DNA of 64,000 bases, taken from contig JAJCYT010000018.1 in NCBI GenBank assembly GCA_029262795.1, forward strand, positions 103,982 to 167,981, given 5' to 3'. Both the position numbers and the translations under genes were made by a program. Below, piece by piece: positions 8,979 through 19,240 of this stretch; position 1 is the stretch's first letter; the number at the start of each line of letters is the position of its first letter. Under the pieces are notes generated by a model, which worked only from the letters and a program-made list of their open reading frames with translations, did not search any database and was not told the origin of the DNA. This stretch comes from Candidatus Fraserbacteria bacterium (GTDB lineage: Bacteria; Bipolaricaulota; Bipolaricaulia; RBG-16-55-9; JAJCYT01).

Positions 8979-10745
8979 ATGTTGCAATTTGCAGGCGCTG
9001 TGGATCGTGACGCCGAACAAAAACTGCTGGACACCTTGTCCATTGACGAACCCTGGGGTCTGATTGAAGCGTTTACCCAGTGGGTGCGAGAATCGACCAC
9101 GGACGATGAAAAGAAATCATTCGATTATATTGAAGATCGACTTAAAACTTTGGGAGTTTCCTATCAACGCTTTGAGCCTGAAATGTACATCAGCTTGCCA
9201 AAAAAAGCGACCATGGAGTTGCTCAGCCCTGAGCAAAAATCCATTCGTGTCAAAACCATCAGCTTTTCGGCTTCCACACCCCCTGAAGGCATTGAAGCCG
9301 AGGTGGTTTATATCGGCGGTGCGCAGGCCACAAACGTGGAAACGCTGTTTGACTCTAACATTGGCGATGTCGATGTCAAAGGAAAAATCTCTCTGTGCGA
9401 AGGCTTTGGCATGCCCAGCAAGATTTCGGAGCTTGAAAAAGCGGGGGCTGTGGCTCAAATTTACATCAACCCCGGGCAAAACATTCACGATGGCATGGCC
9501 TCTCCTGTCTGGGGTTCTCCTGGCTTGGAAAACCGCAAAGGGATGCCAGGACTGCCTATCGTTTCGGTCAACAACCCTGATGGGTGCTGGCTGGTGGAAC
9601 AATGCCAGAAGGGCACTGTTAAAGCCCGTGTCATGACCGAACTCGATGAAGGCTGGAAAACTGCCCCCGTCATCGAAGCCACCATCCCAGGTTCTGAAGA
9701 CCCTGACAAATATGTACTTGTCCATGGCCACGTCGATTCCTGGGGCATCGGCATTGGCGACAATGCCGTGGGGGACGCAACCCTGCTTGAGCTGGCCAGG
9801 GTGTTCAACGAACACAAAGGCGGCCTCAAACGAACGTTAAAAGTCGCCTGGTGGACAGGCCACTCCACAGGCCGTTATGCAGGCTCGGCCTGGTATGCCG
9901 ATGAATTTGCCAGAGATTTGGATGAAAACTGCATTGCCCAAGTGAATATTGACTCACCTGGTTGTCGCGGGGCCACATCTTATGAAGATGTGTTTGTGAT
10001 GCCTGAAAGCGAAGCCTTTTGCACCAAAGCCATTGAAGATGCGATGGGAAAGACACCCGCATTCATGCGTCCGTTGCGGGCCGGTGACTACAGCTTTAAC
10101 AACATTGGCATCAGCAGTTTTTATATGTTGTTGTCCACCATCCCCGCAGAAGAGAAACAGCGCATGGGCTTATATCCCGTCGGCGGCTGTGGCGGCAACA
10201 TCGCCTGGCACACTGAAGACGATGTCCTGGACATAGCCGACAAAGACAACCTCATCAATGATTTGAAAGTATATATCACCTCGTTGAGGCGGGTGCTCAA
10301 CTGCAACACGCACCCTTTTGACTATCGCAAGACGGCAGAACGGATGCATGGCGCACTCAAGCAATACGAGGACAAAGCGAACAAAGCCGGTGTGTCGGTC
10401 AACTTCAAGGCGGCACATGCAGAGTTCGATGGATTGCAACAGGCGCTTGAAGGTCTTTATCAAAAGATTGATTCAGGGGAACTGGATGCACAAAAAGCCA
10501 ATGCCATTTTGCATCAACTGGCACGGCAACTGGTGTCGCTGGACAACACCACCCAACCACGGTTTTATCACGACCCTGCCTTGCCTCGCCCATCGCTTCC
10601 GGCATTGCTTGTGGCAAACGATTTGGCCGACCTGGACGACTTTGAAAAGAAATTTGCTCAAGTGGACTTACGCCAGGGTGTAAACCATGTGGCAGGCAGC
10701 ATCCGCCAATCAAGGTTTTTACTGCAAATGTCAGCAAATGTATGA
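8979..10745 (+). CDS. M28-family metallo-aminopeptidase with PA domain
   Basis: M28 zinc-ligand region: LVHGHVDSWGIGIGDNAVGDATLLELARVF. A PA-like insert is present (VKGKISLCEGFGMPSKISELEKAGAVAQIY). The track ORF starts at 8847, inside gntR. I prefer the in-frame ATG at 8979, which is preceded by a GGAGG RBS. Confidence 0.8.
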   Translation: MLQFAGAVDRDAEQKLLDTLSIDEPWGLIEAFTQWVRESTTDDEKKSFDYIEDRLKTLGVSYQRFEPEMYISLPKKATMELLSPEQKSIRVKTISFSASTPPEGIEAEVVYIGGAQATNVETLFDSNIGDVDVKGKISLCEGFGMPSKISELEKAGAVAQIYINPGQNIHDGMASPVWGSPGLENRKGMPGLPIVSVNNPDGCWLVEQCQKGTVKARVMTELDEGWKTAPVIEATIPGSEDPDKYVLVHGHVDSWGIGIGDNAVGDATLLELARVFNEHKGGLKRTLKVAWWTGHSTGRYAGSAWYADEFARDLDENCIAQVNIDSPGCRGATSYEDVFVMPESEAFCTKAIEDAMGKTPAFMRPLRAGDYSFNNIGISSFYMLLSTIPAEEKQRMGLYPVGGCGGNIAWHTEDDVLDIADKDNLINDLKVYITSLRRVLNCNTHPFDYRKTAERMHGALKQYEDKANKAGVSVNFKAAHAEFDGLQQALEGLYQKIDSGELDAQKANAILHQLARQLVSLDNTTQPRFYHDPALPRPSLPALLVANDLADLDDFEKKFAQVDLRQGVNHVAGSIRQSRFLLQMSANV

Positions 10746-10818
10746 AGGGGGTGTAACCTTAGGGATAAGATTGGTTGTGTCATAACAAATTAAAACTCTT
10801 TGTTCAAGGAGGTTTTAC

Positions 10819-12486
10819 GTGAGGCAAAAAGAATTCCTCATTGCCGATTACAAAACGGGATTTTTCCGTAGAGATTTTTTGCGCATGACAGGTGCTGCGA
10901 TGGCTGCAGGCGCATTGGCCCCATGGGACGGTTGGAAAGCATTGGCTCAAGAACAGGGACAGACCCCTGTAGCCGGTGGCGAAATTGAAATTGCCATTGG
11001 CCAAAATCCGGTTTCCTTTGATGGTCGTAACGTATCGGCCATTTCTTCATTCCAGATTTCCTGGAATTTTTACAATCGCCTGGTGCGTTTTGAACAGGAT
11101 GGTTCTCAACTCAAGATTGTTGGCGATCTGGCCGAATCCTGGGAAGTGGGCGACGATGGCAGTTTGACATTCCACTTGCACGAAGGTGTTCAGTTCCATA
11201 ATGGTGAAATATTAACTGCTTCTGATGTGGCATACACGTTTAACAGCATCAACGTTTTTGAAGGGGCTGGCGTGCGCGAAGGCTCACTGTCTTCTGGTCC
11301 GTTCAATTTGTTTGTTGTATATGGTTTCCTGAATCCGATTAATGAAGTCCAGGCGTTGGACGATTTAACCGTGTTCTTCCCAGGTAATGACAATCCGTTT
11401 GCACCGTTGTTGTCCGCTTTGGCTAGTTTTGGCGGCATCATCAACGAAAAATCGGATAAAGAAGTCAACTTGGCCACTGATCCTATCGGGACCGGCCCTT
11501 ACATGCTGACCGAAAGCGTGGCTGGCACCCGCTGGGTGATGGAACGAAACCCCAACTACTTCAAGGAAGGGTTGCCTTATCTAGATAAAGTGACCTGGAA
11601 CTTGTTAGAAGATGACTTTGCTCGTGTGCGCGCATTGGAATCCGGCGGCTTCCAATGGATTTCCCGTGTGCCACTTGGCTTAATCGACGTTGTCGATGGT
11701 CAGGATGCACTTAAATCTTCACTGACTCCAGCAGGTGGTTTCCAGTGGTTCTTGTCATTTAACACCTCGTCAGGATTCCCATATGATGATGCACGTTTCC
11801 GCCAGGCGCTCGTTTGGGCCTTGGATGCAACCCGTGTTATTAATTTGGCCTTCTTCGGTAAAGCAAAACTGGCCGAAGGTCAGGCTGTGAATGCTGAACT
11901 GACAGACATTGTGCCAAACCTTGATTTGGAAAATCCATTTACACTTCAACCTAACCTGACGCGTGCACGCGAATTGTTGGCTGAAGTGGGTATTCCTGCG
12001 GGCTTCACCGTGGATACCTGGATTGCTGCAGGCGAAGCTAATGCCACACGCGCTGCTGAAGTTTATGGAGAAGTATTGGCACAAATTGGCATCAACTTGC
12101 GTATCAATTTTGCGCAGACGGCTGAACGCTTCTCGCACATCTTTGGTGAAGGCGCAGACTTTGGCATTCAGTTGGAGCCCATTAGTGGATTCTATGACCA
12201 TGACCAAGGCTTGGCCCCTGTGTTTGCCACCGGCTCCTTCTTTAACGAAGGCGCATGGAGCGATCCAGACTTTGATCGTCTGATTATTGCTGGCGCGAAC
12301 ACGGTGGACCCAGCAGAACGTAAGGCCGTTTACGAAGAACTTTACAACGATCATATCTTCCCGAATGTGCCAAAATATCATTGGGCCTGGCAGGAAGTGC
12401 CATACGCAATGGTCGCCAACCTCAACGGGTTTGAACCAACATTGACCCAGGAAACCTCCTTCGAAAAAGTGTGGTTGGATCAATAA
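10819..12486 (+). CDS. ABC transporter substrate-binding protein, family 5 (peptide/nickel, DppA/OppA-like), Tat signal
   Basis: 555 aa. Tat motif FFRRDFLRMTGAAMAAGALAP. Family-5 signature region: LAESWEVGDDGSLTFHLHEGVQFHNGEILTASDVAYTF. GTG start with a GGAGG RBS. Confidence 0.8.
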   Translation: MRQKEFLIADYKTGFFRRDFLRMTGAAMAAGALAPWDGWKALAQEQGQTPVAGGEIEIAIGQNPVSFDGRNVSAISSFQISWNFYNRLVRFEQDGSQLKIVGDLAESWEVGDDGSLTFHLHEGVQFHNGEILTASDVAYTFNSINVFEGAGVREGSLSSGPFNLFVVYGFLNPINEVQALDDLTVFFPGNDNPFAPLLSALASFGGIINEKSDKEVNLATDPIGTGPYMLTESVAGTRWVMERNPNYFKEGLPYLDKVTWNLLEDDFARVRALESGGFQWISRVPLGLIDVVDGQDALKSSLTPAGGFQWFLSFNTSSGFPYDDARFRQALVWALDATRVINLAFFGKAKLAEGQAVNAELTDIVPNLDLENPFTLQPNLTRARELLAEVGIPAGFTVDTWIAAGEANATRAAEVYGEVLAQIGINLRINFAQTAERFSHIFGEGADFGIQLEPISGFYDHDQGLAPVFATGSFFNEGAWSDPDFDRLIIAGANTVDPAERKAVYEELYNDHIFPNVPKYHWAWQEVPYAMVANLNGFEPTLTQETSFEKVWLDQ

Positions 12487-12515
12487 GTTGTAGAAAAAAC
12501 AGGTTGTTTAGCGCG

Positions 12516-12556
12516 CTGAGGGTTGCCAATGGTGGGCAACCCTCAGTTCTCTTTTA
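12516..12556 (+). terminator. intra-operon hairpin (terminator/attenuator) after the binding-protein gene
   Basis: Perfect 12-bp stem: CTGAGGGTTGCC (12516..12527) pairs with GGCAACCCTCAG (12535..12546), with a 7-nt loop, followed by TTCTCTTTT. A ~170-nt gap separates it from the permease gene. Confidence 0.65.
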
Positions 12557-12718
12557 AAAGAAAATCAGTCAAAAACGAATAAAAAGCTTCAACCTCTCTC
12601 TTGATTTCCAAAGGGGGGCGCTTCATGAGAAAGTGAGTACAGTTAGACAGAGACGTTTGTTCTTATAACGCTTTATTTTTTTCGATTGTTTTTGAATTAA
12701 AAGGTTTGGGAAAAACAC

Positions 12719-13657
12719 GTGATTAAATTTCTTGTTGATCGACTGCTGATGATGGTTTTTGTGATGCTTGGCGCATCCATCCTCATCTTTTTGCTCATCC
12801 ATTTGGTCCCGGGTGATCCCGTACGCGGATCGTTGGGCGTGATGGTGTCGGAAGAGTTAATCGCAGACATGCGCGCCAAGCTTGGCCTGGATGATCCTTT
12901 ATACATTCAATATTTCAACTGGCTAGGGAAATTATTTCAAGGCGATTTGGGGACCTCTTTCCAAACGCTCGATCCGGTGACAGATCGTTTGATCATTGCT
13001 TTTCCAGTGAGTTTGGAACTGGTCAGCATTGCGCTGGTGTTTGCATTAATCGTTTCTGTACCGCTGGGCATTTTGGTCACCATATACCGTAAGTTCGATT
13101 TTGTTTTTATTTTTACCAGCATTGTGGGTTTGTCCATGCCCCAATTCTGGGTGGCAATTCTGTTGATTATATTTTTTGCCAATGAGTTGAGGTGGATCGA
13201 ATTTGGAGGATTTGTGTTTGCCTGGGAAGATCCTGTGAGACACTTTAAAGGCATGATTCTGCCGGTGCTCACTCTCGCTTTGCCGATGGTTGCCGTCACC
13301 ATGCGCATCACCCGCACCAGTATGCTGGAAGTGATTCAAAAAGATTACATCCGCACCATGCAAGCCGTAGGGCTTCCTGAAAAGCGCATTATTTTTACCC
13401 ACGTGCTCAAAAATGCACTGATCCCGATTGTCACCATTGTCGGCTTGCAGTTTGGTTATTTGTTGGGTGGTGCTGTCATTATCGAGCAAATTTTCGGCTT
13501 GCCCGGGCTGGGCAAGCTCATTTTGCAAAGCGCCTCCGCCAAAGATTATCCCATGATTCAGGCGGCCACTTTGGTCATCACATTCTGGTTTGTGCTGATT
13601 AATTTTTTAACGGACTTGCTGTATGCCTACCTCGATCCACGCATCAAATACGATTAG
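12719..13657 (+). CDS. ABC transporter permease (DppB/OppB-like)
   Basis: 312 aa, polytopic. The EAA-loop-like segment is IRTMQAVGLPEKRIIFTHVLKNALIP. GTG start. Confidence 0.85.
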   Translation: MIKFLVDRLLMMVFVMLGASILIFLLIHLVPGDPVRGSLGVMVSEELIADMRAKLGLDDPLYIQYFNWLGKLFQGDLGTSFQTLDPVTDRLIIAFPVSLELVSIALVFALIVSVPLGILVTIYRKFDFVFIFTSIVGLSMPQFWVAILLIIFFANELRWIEFGGFVFAWEDPVRHFKGMILPVLTLALPMVAVTMRITRTSMLEVIQKDYIRTMQAVGLPEKRIIFTHVLKNALIPIVTIVGLQFGYLLGGAVIIEQIFGLPGLGKLILQSASAKDYPMIQAATLVITFWFVLINFLTDLLYAYLDPRIKYD

Positions 13658-13663
13658 GAGGGA

Positions 13664-14788
13664 ATGGTGTCTGAACACAACGTAAATCTATTGGCTTTGG
13701 GCGATTTCATGCTGGAACACACTTTGGGCGAAAGCCCCTTTTATGGCCTCATCGAACAAAGCGATGTTTCTGTTGCCAATGTGGAAGCGCCGTTTACTGA
13801 TCAGGGCCACCCCGCTGATAAAACCGTTGCCATGAAAAGTCCGCCAGAAACGGCCAAAGAGCTTGGCCGAATTGGGCTCAATGTGGCCGCCGTTGCCAAC
13901 AATCATGCCATGGATTTTGGTATTGATGGCATGCGTCAAAATAAAAAGTTATTGGCTGAAGCGGGCGTTCATTGTGTGGGCACAGGCGAGAATATAGACG
14001 AAGCGATGCAGCCCGCCTTCGTTGAAAGCAACGGCTTAAAACTTGGATTTTTATCATTTTCTTCGACACTGCCCATTGGCACCAGCGCCGCCGCCAACCG
14101 TCCAGGCATGGCGCCGATCCGTGTTGAAACGTCGTATTTATTAGATTCATCCATTTGTGAAGAACAACCTGGCACCGCCCCGTATGTCTCAACCAGAGTC
14201 ATTGATGAAGAACTAGAGCGCGCTGTTGGTGTTGTCAAAGCAGCCAAAGCTCAATGTGACTCATTGATCATCGCCCTGCATTGGGGTGTGCCGGAAGGCT
14301 GGGCCACGCCTGCCCAAGGCTGGTTGGCCGATTATCAGCAACCATTGGGGCATGCACTGATTGATGCAGGTGCAGATGTGCTGACGGGATCTCATCCGCA
14401 CGTCACACACGGGATTGAAATTTACAAAGGCAAACCGATTCTTTATTGCCTTGGAAACTTTGCATCTCAATATTTTGCCAAAGGCCGGGTGGTTGAAATT
14501 GCCCGACCCATTGGCGGCTTCAAATTTGATCCAGGTGGATTTGATTTGTCCCGCTACGAAAAGGTTCCTGAACATGGCAAGGCGTTTGCTGCACGAATTG
14601 GTCTGCAAAAAAACAAAGTCAACGCCGTCGAAATCATGCCATACATTCTCGATCATCAAGGCGAGCCGCAATATGGTTCTGAGTCAGACCAGGCATCCAT
14701 CTTGGATCGGGTCGAAAACTTTTCATTGCAATTTGGAACAACATTTGAACGAACGGATCAAGGCACAGGCCTCATCAGGATTCAGTAA
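13664..14788 (+). CDS. CapA/PGA_cap-family (poly-gamma-glutamate capsule synthesis-like) metallophosphatase-fold protein
   Basis: 374 aa. Family pattern: LLALGDFML...VANVEAPF...VAAVANNHAMDFGIDGM...CVGTGENIDEA...LHWGVPEG. Confidence 0.7.
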   Translation: MVSEHNVNLLALGDFMLEHTLGESPFYGLIEQSDVSVANVEAPFTDQGHPADKTVAMKSPPETAKELGRIGLNVAAVANNHAMDFGIDGMRQNKKLLAEAGVHCVGTGENIDEAMQPAFVESNGLKLGFLSFSSTLPIGTSAAANRPGMAPIRVETSYLLDSSICEEQPGTAPYVSTRVIDEELERAVGVVKAAKAQCDSLIIALHWGVPEGWATPAQGWLADYQQPLGHALIDAGADVLTGSHPHVTHGIEIYKGKPILYCLGNFASQYFAKGRVVEIARPIGGFKFDPGGFDLSRYEKVPEHGKAFAARIGLQKNKVNAVEIMPYILDHQGEPQYGSESDQASILDRVENFSLQFGTTFERTDQGTGLIRIQ

Positions 14789-14802
14789 AGGACTTTTTTA
14801 AT

Positions 14803-15645
14803 ATGCCCATACTCAACGTCAACGGTGCAGATATTTATTATGAGGTACTTGGTGAACAGAACACGCAGGCCGTCCTGGCACTGCACGGCGGCCCTGGCAT
14901 TGCGGACCATCGCGGTGAACAAAAAGGTTTGGGCGGTCTGAGCGATCAATACAAGCTGGTCACCTACGACCACCGAGGCTGTGGACGTTCCAGCGAAACG
15001 ACTCCTTATACCAACGCACAATATGTAGAAGATGCCGAAGCCATACGAAAAGCCCTTGGACTGGGAAAGATCATCTTGTATGGAGGATCATACGGAGGAT
15101 TCATTGCCCAGCTTTATGCACTAAGGTACCCGGAGAATCTTTCGCATTTGATTCTCCGGGATACCTCCCCAAACAATGAGTTTGTGGATATTTCAAAACA
15201 AAACGCGCTCAACAATATAAAAAAGGCACCCAACGTGAACAAAGAAATGCTGGACCGTATGTTCGATGGCAAGGTGCGCGACAACGACGATTTCAAAGTG
15301 TTGTATGAAGCCATCCTGCCCCTTTACTTTGTGGGAGAAGAAGAACATGAAAAACGCGAAAAGCAGGAAATTTTCTATCACTACGAAACCCACAACGTGA
15401 TGTTCAGCAAGGAGTTTGCCAATTACGATATTACTGATCAGTTAAAAAGTATAAATACACCCACGCTGGTCACGGTCGGAAAGCACGACTGGATCACACC
15501 ACCGGTGGCTGCAAAACTGATCGCTGGAAAAATTCCGAACTCAACCTTGGTGCAATTTGAAAACAGCGGCCACTCGCCACAACTGGAAGAATCGGACCTG
15601 TATGTCAAAACCGTCAAAGAATTTTTAAACAAGGGGGCCACATGA
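14803..15645 (+). CDS. alpha/beta hydrolase, prolyl aminopeptidase (S33)-like
   Basis: 280 aa. HGGPG oxyanion motif (LALHGGPGIADHRG) and nucleophile elbow GGSYGG. Confidence 0.7.
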   Translation: MPILNVNGADIYYEVLGEQNTQAVLALHGGPGIADHRGEQKGLGGLSDQYKLVTYDHRGCGRSSETTPYTNAQYVEDAEAIRKALGLGKIILYGGSYGGFIAQLYALRYPENLSHLILRDTSPNNEFVDISKQNALNNIKKAPNVNKEMLDRMFDGKVRDNDDFKVLYEAILPLYFVGEEEHEKREKQEIFYHYETHNVMFSKEFANYDITDQLKSINTPTLVTVGKHDWITPPVAAKLIAGKIPNSTLVQFENSGHSPQLEESDLYVKTVKEFLNKGAT

Positions 15646-17384
15646 GCGCTTGGGGATTTTTTATAAATAATGATGAAAACTGGCAAATCGTCAGCCGTTG
15701 CGTCAATGGACTGTTAAAACAGGGCGTGCCTGTTTTTCAAGCGTTGGAGCCGCTTTCCGCTGATGGCGACAGCTTGGCTGCGGGCGGGTTTGTGATTTCA
15801 AATGCAACGCTGGAAGACACACCGCCGTCGCAAGTGCAGGCTGTGATTGAACATTACGGCCTCACGCCACAATCGCTCGATCATGGTCCTGGCGGCAAAA
15901 TGATGCAATTGAAATCGATCAAAATTGCCTTGTACGGCGGCGGAGGCAGTCCCTATCACCACATGGCGGTGTTCAACCAACTCGGCTTTCAAACTGAATT
16001 TATTTCCGACCAGCATATTCGCGATGGTTTTTTGGAAGAATTTGATGTGCTGCTCATGCCCGGTGGCGGCTGGCAGGCGATGAACGGACAGCTTGATCCT
16101 TTGGGCGAAGAAGGCGCAGAGCAGGTCAAATGGTTCATTCGACAGGGCGGAATGTATATCAGTTCCTGTGCAGGTTCCTATGATGCGGCCATTGCGCCTC
16201 AAGAATTCATTGACACCTGCCCGACCAAGGGCTGTTTGAATCTGATCAACATGAAAGTATGGAATGATCAGGGCAAGGAATGGGTCGGACTGGAATCACC
16301 GGGCATCGGCATCTGGAAGCTGAAAAACGAAGCAGCTGATCATCCGGTGATGTTTGGCTTGCCTGACGAATTTGAAATCACCCATTACAACGGTCCCATC
16401 TTCGAAGCCACTGAAACGCCAATGGAGGGAACTTCTCAAAGTTTCACCCTGGCATCTCTGGCAGGTGTGACCGATGGTTTTACCCCTTCGGAACATTTCC
16501 TGGAGCCTGGCGCATCAACGGTGCCAATGGAGCAAACCCTGGCCATGCGCGGGGCAAAGGAAAACAAAGGCGTGATCGTTGGCGGCTATATGGGATTTGG
16601 CAAAGTGATCCTGTTTGGCTCACACCCTGAGTTTGGATCTGATGTGGCAACGCTGACAAAATGGGGCTTGCCCACCCGAATTTTAGGCAATACCTTGTTT
16701 TGGCATGCGGGCAACAGCCGTATGTCACAGGCGTTTACACTTGAGCCGTTGCCGCTCATGGGCGAAGCCGTGACTACTTTTTCATTGGAAAAAGATTTGG
16801 AAAACATCAAACACAGCGTCCATCAGGTGATCGAACAGATGCAGAGGCTGGATCAGAAAAAAGACGACAGTAAAGATTACTGGTGGCTCGATCAGCAATA
16901 CAGCATGTCAATTTTAGGATTGCCTCCCAAAGAGATTTGGCAACAGGCCATCGCCTCCCTGGCCGGCATGAGTGATGCCATCGGTGATGCCATTAAAGAA
17001 ATTTTAGACTTGAAAAACGCAGCCGTTTCACAATCGACGTCCGCAGAAATTGATATTTTGCTGAATGGATTGGCGCAAGCCATCCACTACGAACGGCCTG
17101 CGGTATGGAACCAAGACGGAGGGTATCAAGGGATGCGGGCGCTGCTGAACCAGGCCAGTGTACTGGCCGGCGTTGCAGAGCAACATCTCGATGCGCCTGC
17201 CCCTGACCTTCCCGTATTGCCATATCAACATTTTGAAAGCAACCCGTTTTACCTGCTGGCAGGCACGTATTTATCGGCCATCAGTGTGGTGCTTTGTGTT
17301 CAGTTGCTGTTGCAGTCGTTTGCGCTGCAACTGAAAGATCAACTGGCTTTAGAAAATTTAATCGAAAAGGCTCCCGTTCATTAA
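15642..17384 (+). CDS. hypothetical 580-aa protein with a class-I glutamine-amidotransferase-like / BPL_N-like domain
   Basis: ATGA overlap with the preceding gene. KIALYGGGGSPYHH...FDVLLMPGGGWQAM...GGMYISSCAGSYDA resembles the GATase1/BPL_N fold pattern. I did not recognise the C-terminal ~250 aa. Confidence 0.45.
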   Translation: MSAWGFFINNDENWQIVSRCVNGLLKQGVPVFQALEPLSADGDSLAAGGFVISNATLEDTPPSQVQAVIEHYGLTPQSLDHGPGGKMMQLKSIKIALYGGGGSPYHHMAVFNQLGFQTEFISDQHIRDGFLEEFDVLLMPGGGWQAMNGQLDPLGEEGAEQVKWFIRQGGMYISSCAGSYDAAIAPQEFIDTCPTKGCLNLINMKVWNDQGKEWVGLESPGIGIWKLKNEAADHPVMFGLPDEFEITHYNGPIFEATETPMEGTSQSFTLASLAGVTDGFTPSEHFLEPGASTVPMEQTLAMRGAKENKGVIVGGYMGFGKVILFGSHPEFGSDVATLTKWGLPTRILGNTLFWHAGNSRMSQAFTLEPLPLMGEAVTTFSLEKDLENIKHSVHQVIEQMQRLDQKKDDSKDYWWLDQQYSMSILGLPPKEIWQQAIASLAGMSDAIGDAIKEILDLKNAAVSQSTSAEIDILLNGLAQAIHYERPAVWNQDGGYQGMRALLNQASVLAGVAEQHLDAPAPDLPVLPYQHFESNPFYLLAGTYLSAISVVLCVQLLLQSFALQLKDQLALENLIEKAPVH

Positions 17385-17402
17385 CGGAGAAGGGGTTTAT
17401 CT

Positions 17403-18050
17403 ATGTCTAACATTGGTTATCTGATTCCTGGCACAGGGCTGGATGACAACGAGCGAACCCGTCGCAACATGGTTTTGAGCAAGCTGGCCAGTGATGGCAC
17501 ATGCATTGAGTTGATCGAGGTGGCCGAAGGCCCGCCGTCAATTGAGTCCGAAGCAGATGAACAGGAAGCCGTTCCCCATCTGGTCAAACTCGCTCAGGAA
17601 AAACAAAACGAGTACGATGCCTACATCATCGGCTGCTACAGCGATTTAGGCATTCATAAATTAAGAGAAGTGTTGGACATTCCCGTGGTGGGACCGGTGC
17701 GTGCTTCGTTCTCAACCGCTGCCGCCGCATTTGACCAATTCTCGATCATGACCATCAATAAGGAAGTGATTCCCATTTTGGACCGTCAGGTGCAAAGTTT
17801 GGGATATGCCTCTAATAACAAAGAAATCGATGGCGTTGAAATTGGCGTGCTTGAAATCATCAACAAACCTGAGGAATCTTTAAAGCGATTTGAAGACAGC
17901 TTGAGCCGTGTCACCACCTCCGCTGTGGTGCCAGGATGCATGAGTTATGCTTATCTATTGGCAGAAAAAAACATCACCCAGATCGGCAACATTCACATCA
18001 TCAACCCATTAAAAGTGTCTGTCTCAATGGCTGAAGCGATGGTGAATTAA
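17403..18050 (+). CDS. Asp/Glu/hydantoin racemase-family protein
   Basis: 215 aa. It has two Cys-containing motifs at the spacing of two-base racemases: YIIGCYSDLGI and VVPGCMSYA. Confidence 0.65.
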   Translation: MSNIGYLIPGTGLDDNERTRRNMVLSKLASDGTCIELIEVAEGPPSIESEADEQEAVPHLVKLAQEKQNEYDAYIIGCYSDLGIHKLREVLDIPVVGPVRASFSTAAAAFDQFSIMTINKEVIPILDRQVQSLGYASNNKEIDGVEIGVLEIINKPEESLKRFEDSLSRVTTSAVVPGCMSYAYLLAEKNITQIGNIHIINPLKVSVSMAEAMVN

Positions 18051-19238
18051 TTGATGCAGGTTCTTTGTGCAGAACGACTGATCGACGGGACAGGCGCAGA
18101 GCCCATTGCCAATGGTGCTGTGGTGGTTGACGGGGATCGCATTGTGTTTGTTGGATCAACGGACGATGCACGTCATCATGCCGGCAAGAGCGCCAACGTG
18201 GCCGAACTCGACGGCGAAACGCTGCTGCCTGGCATCATCGACAGCCACAGTCACCTTTCCATCATTCCAGGTGAAGGGGATCAGATTGGTCAGTTGATGC
18301 AACCCTTGGGTGAATCTTTGCTGCGAGCGGTTGGTAACATTCGCCAGGATTTACTCAGCGGCGTGACCACCATGCGCGTGATGGGCGAAGAACATTTTTT
18401 GGATGTCAAAGTCAAAAAGGCCATCGAACAAGGCCGCATCCCCGGCCCGCGTTTGTGGATCAGTACACGGGCCATTGTCTCCAGCCACGGTCATGGATCA
18501 GCGTTGACATTGACCAATGGCGTGGATGAAATCCGCAAACGAATCCGGGAAAACATCAAAGCGGGGGCCGATTTCATCAAAACGTTTGCCTCTGGTGGGG
18601 TCAGCTCCAAAGGCACCACACTCGATTTTCACAGTTATACAGATGAAGAACTGCAAACAGTCGTAGATGAAACCCATCGCAATGGCAAGCGTGTTGCGGC
18701 CCATGCCAGTGCAGGTTATGGCCTGACACAATCGGTCAAGGTGGGCATTGATACGATAGAACATGGCAGCGCAGCCACCGCAGATGATTTGAAGATGATG
18801 ATTGAAAAAGACCTGTGGCTGGTCAGCACCCAGTCCATTTTGTACCACGATGAAGGCATCGAAAAAGTGGATGCCCAGGTGCCGGAGATTCGAGAAAAAT
18901 TGCTTCCGGTCAGAAAATCCAACGCAGAAAATTTTAAAAAGATTATCGCATCCGGTGTAAAATATGCCTGCGGCACAGACAGTGTGCATGGTACGATGTA
19001 TTTTGAAATGGCCAAATTGGTAGAATACGGAGCTTCGGAGATGGATGCCATTTGTGCAGCCACACTCAAAGGGGCAGAAGTTTGCGGACTGGAAGCCGAC
19101 ATTGGTTCACTTGAGGTTGGAAAATTTGCGGATGTGGTGTCAGTGAAAGGCAACCCATTGGATAACATTGATCACATGAAAAATGTAAATGTGATCATGA
19201 AGGCCGGCCAACGATACGATCATTTATCTATATTTTAA
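18051..19238 (+). CDS. metal-dependent amidohydrolase (COG1228-like; Xaa-Pro dipeptidase / imidazolonepropionase relatives)
   Basis: 395 aa. Metal ligands: LLPGIIDSHSHL, VAAHASAGYG, IEHGS, ACGTDS. The likely start is the ATG at 18054, directly after the TTG at 18051. Confidence 0.75.
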   Translation: MMQVLCAERLIDGTGAEPIANGAVVVDGDRIVFVGSTDDARHHAGKSANVAELDGETLLPGIIDSHSHLSIIPGEGDQIGQLMQPLGESLLRAVGNIRQDLLSGVTTMRVMGEEHFLDVKVKKAIEQGRIPGPRLWISTRAIVSSHGHGSALTLTNGVDEIRKRIRENIKAGADFIKTFASGGVSSKGTTLDFHSYTDEELQTVVDETHRNGKRVAAHASAGYGLTQSVKVGIDTIEHGSAATADDLKMMIEKDLWLVSTQSILYHDEGIEKVDAQVPEIREKLLPVRKSNAENFKKIIASGVKYACGTDSVHGTMYFEMAKLVEYGASEMDAICAATLKGAEVCGLEADIGSLEVGKFADVVSVKGNPLDNIDHMKNVNVIMKAGQRYDHLSIF

Positions 19239-19240
19239 TT

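Noticed and set aside
10775-10788. TTGTGTCATAACAA upstream of the binding-protein gene as a GntR (GT-N-AC type) operator, and TGGTCTGATATCTGCCA (8177..8193) upstream of gntR.
   Set aside because: Only 4-bp palindromic arms are present, and the two sites do not resemble each other. This is insufficient evidence without comparative or binding data.
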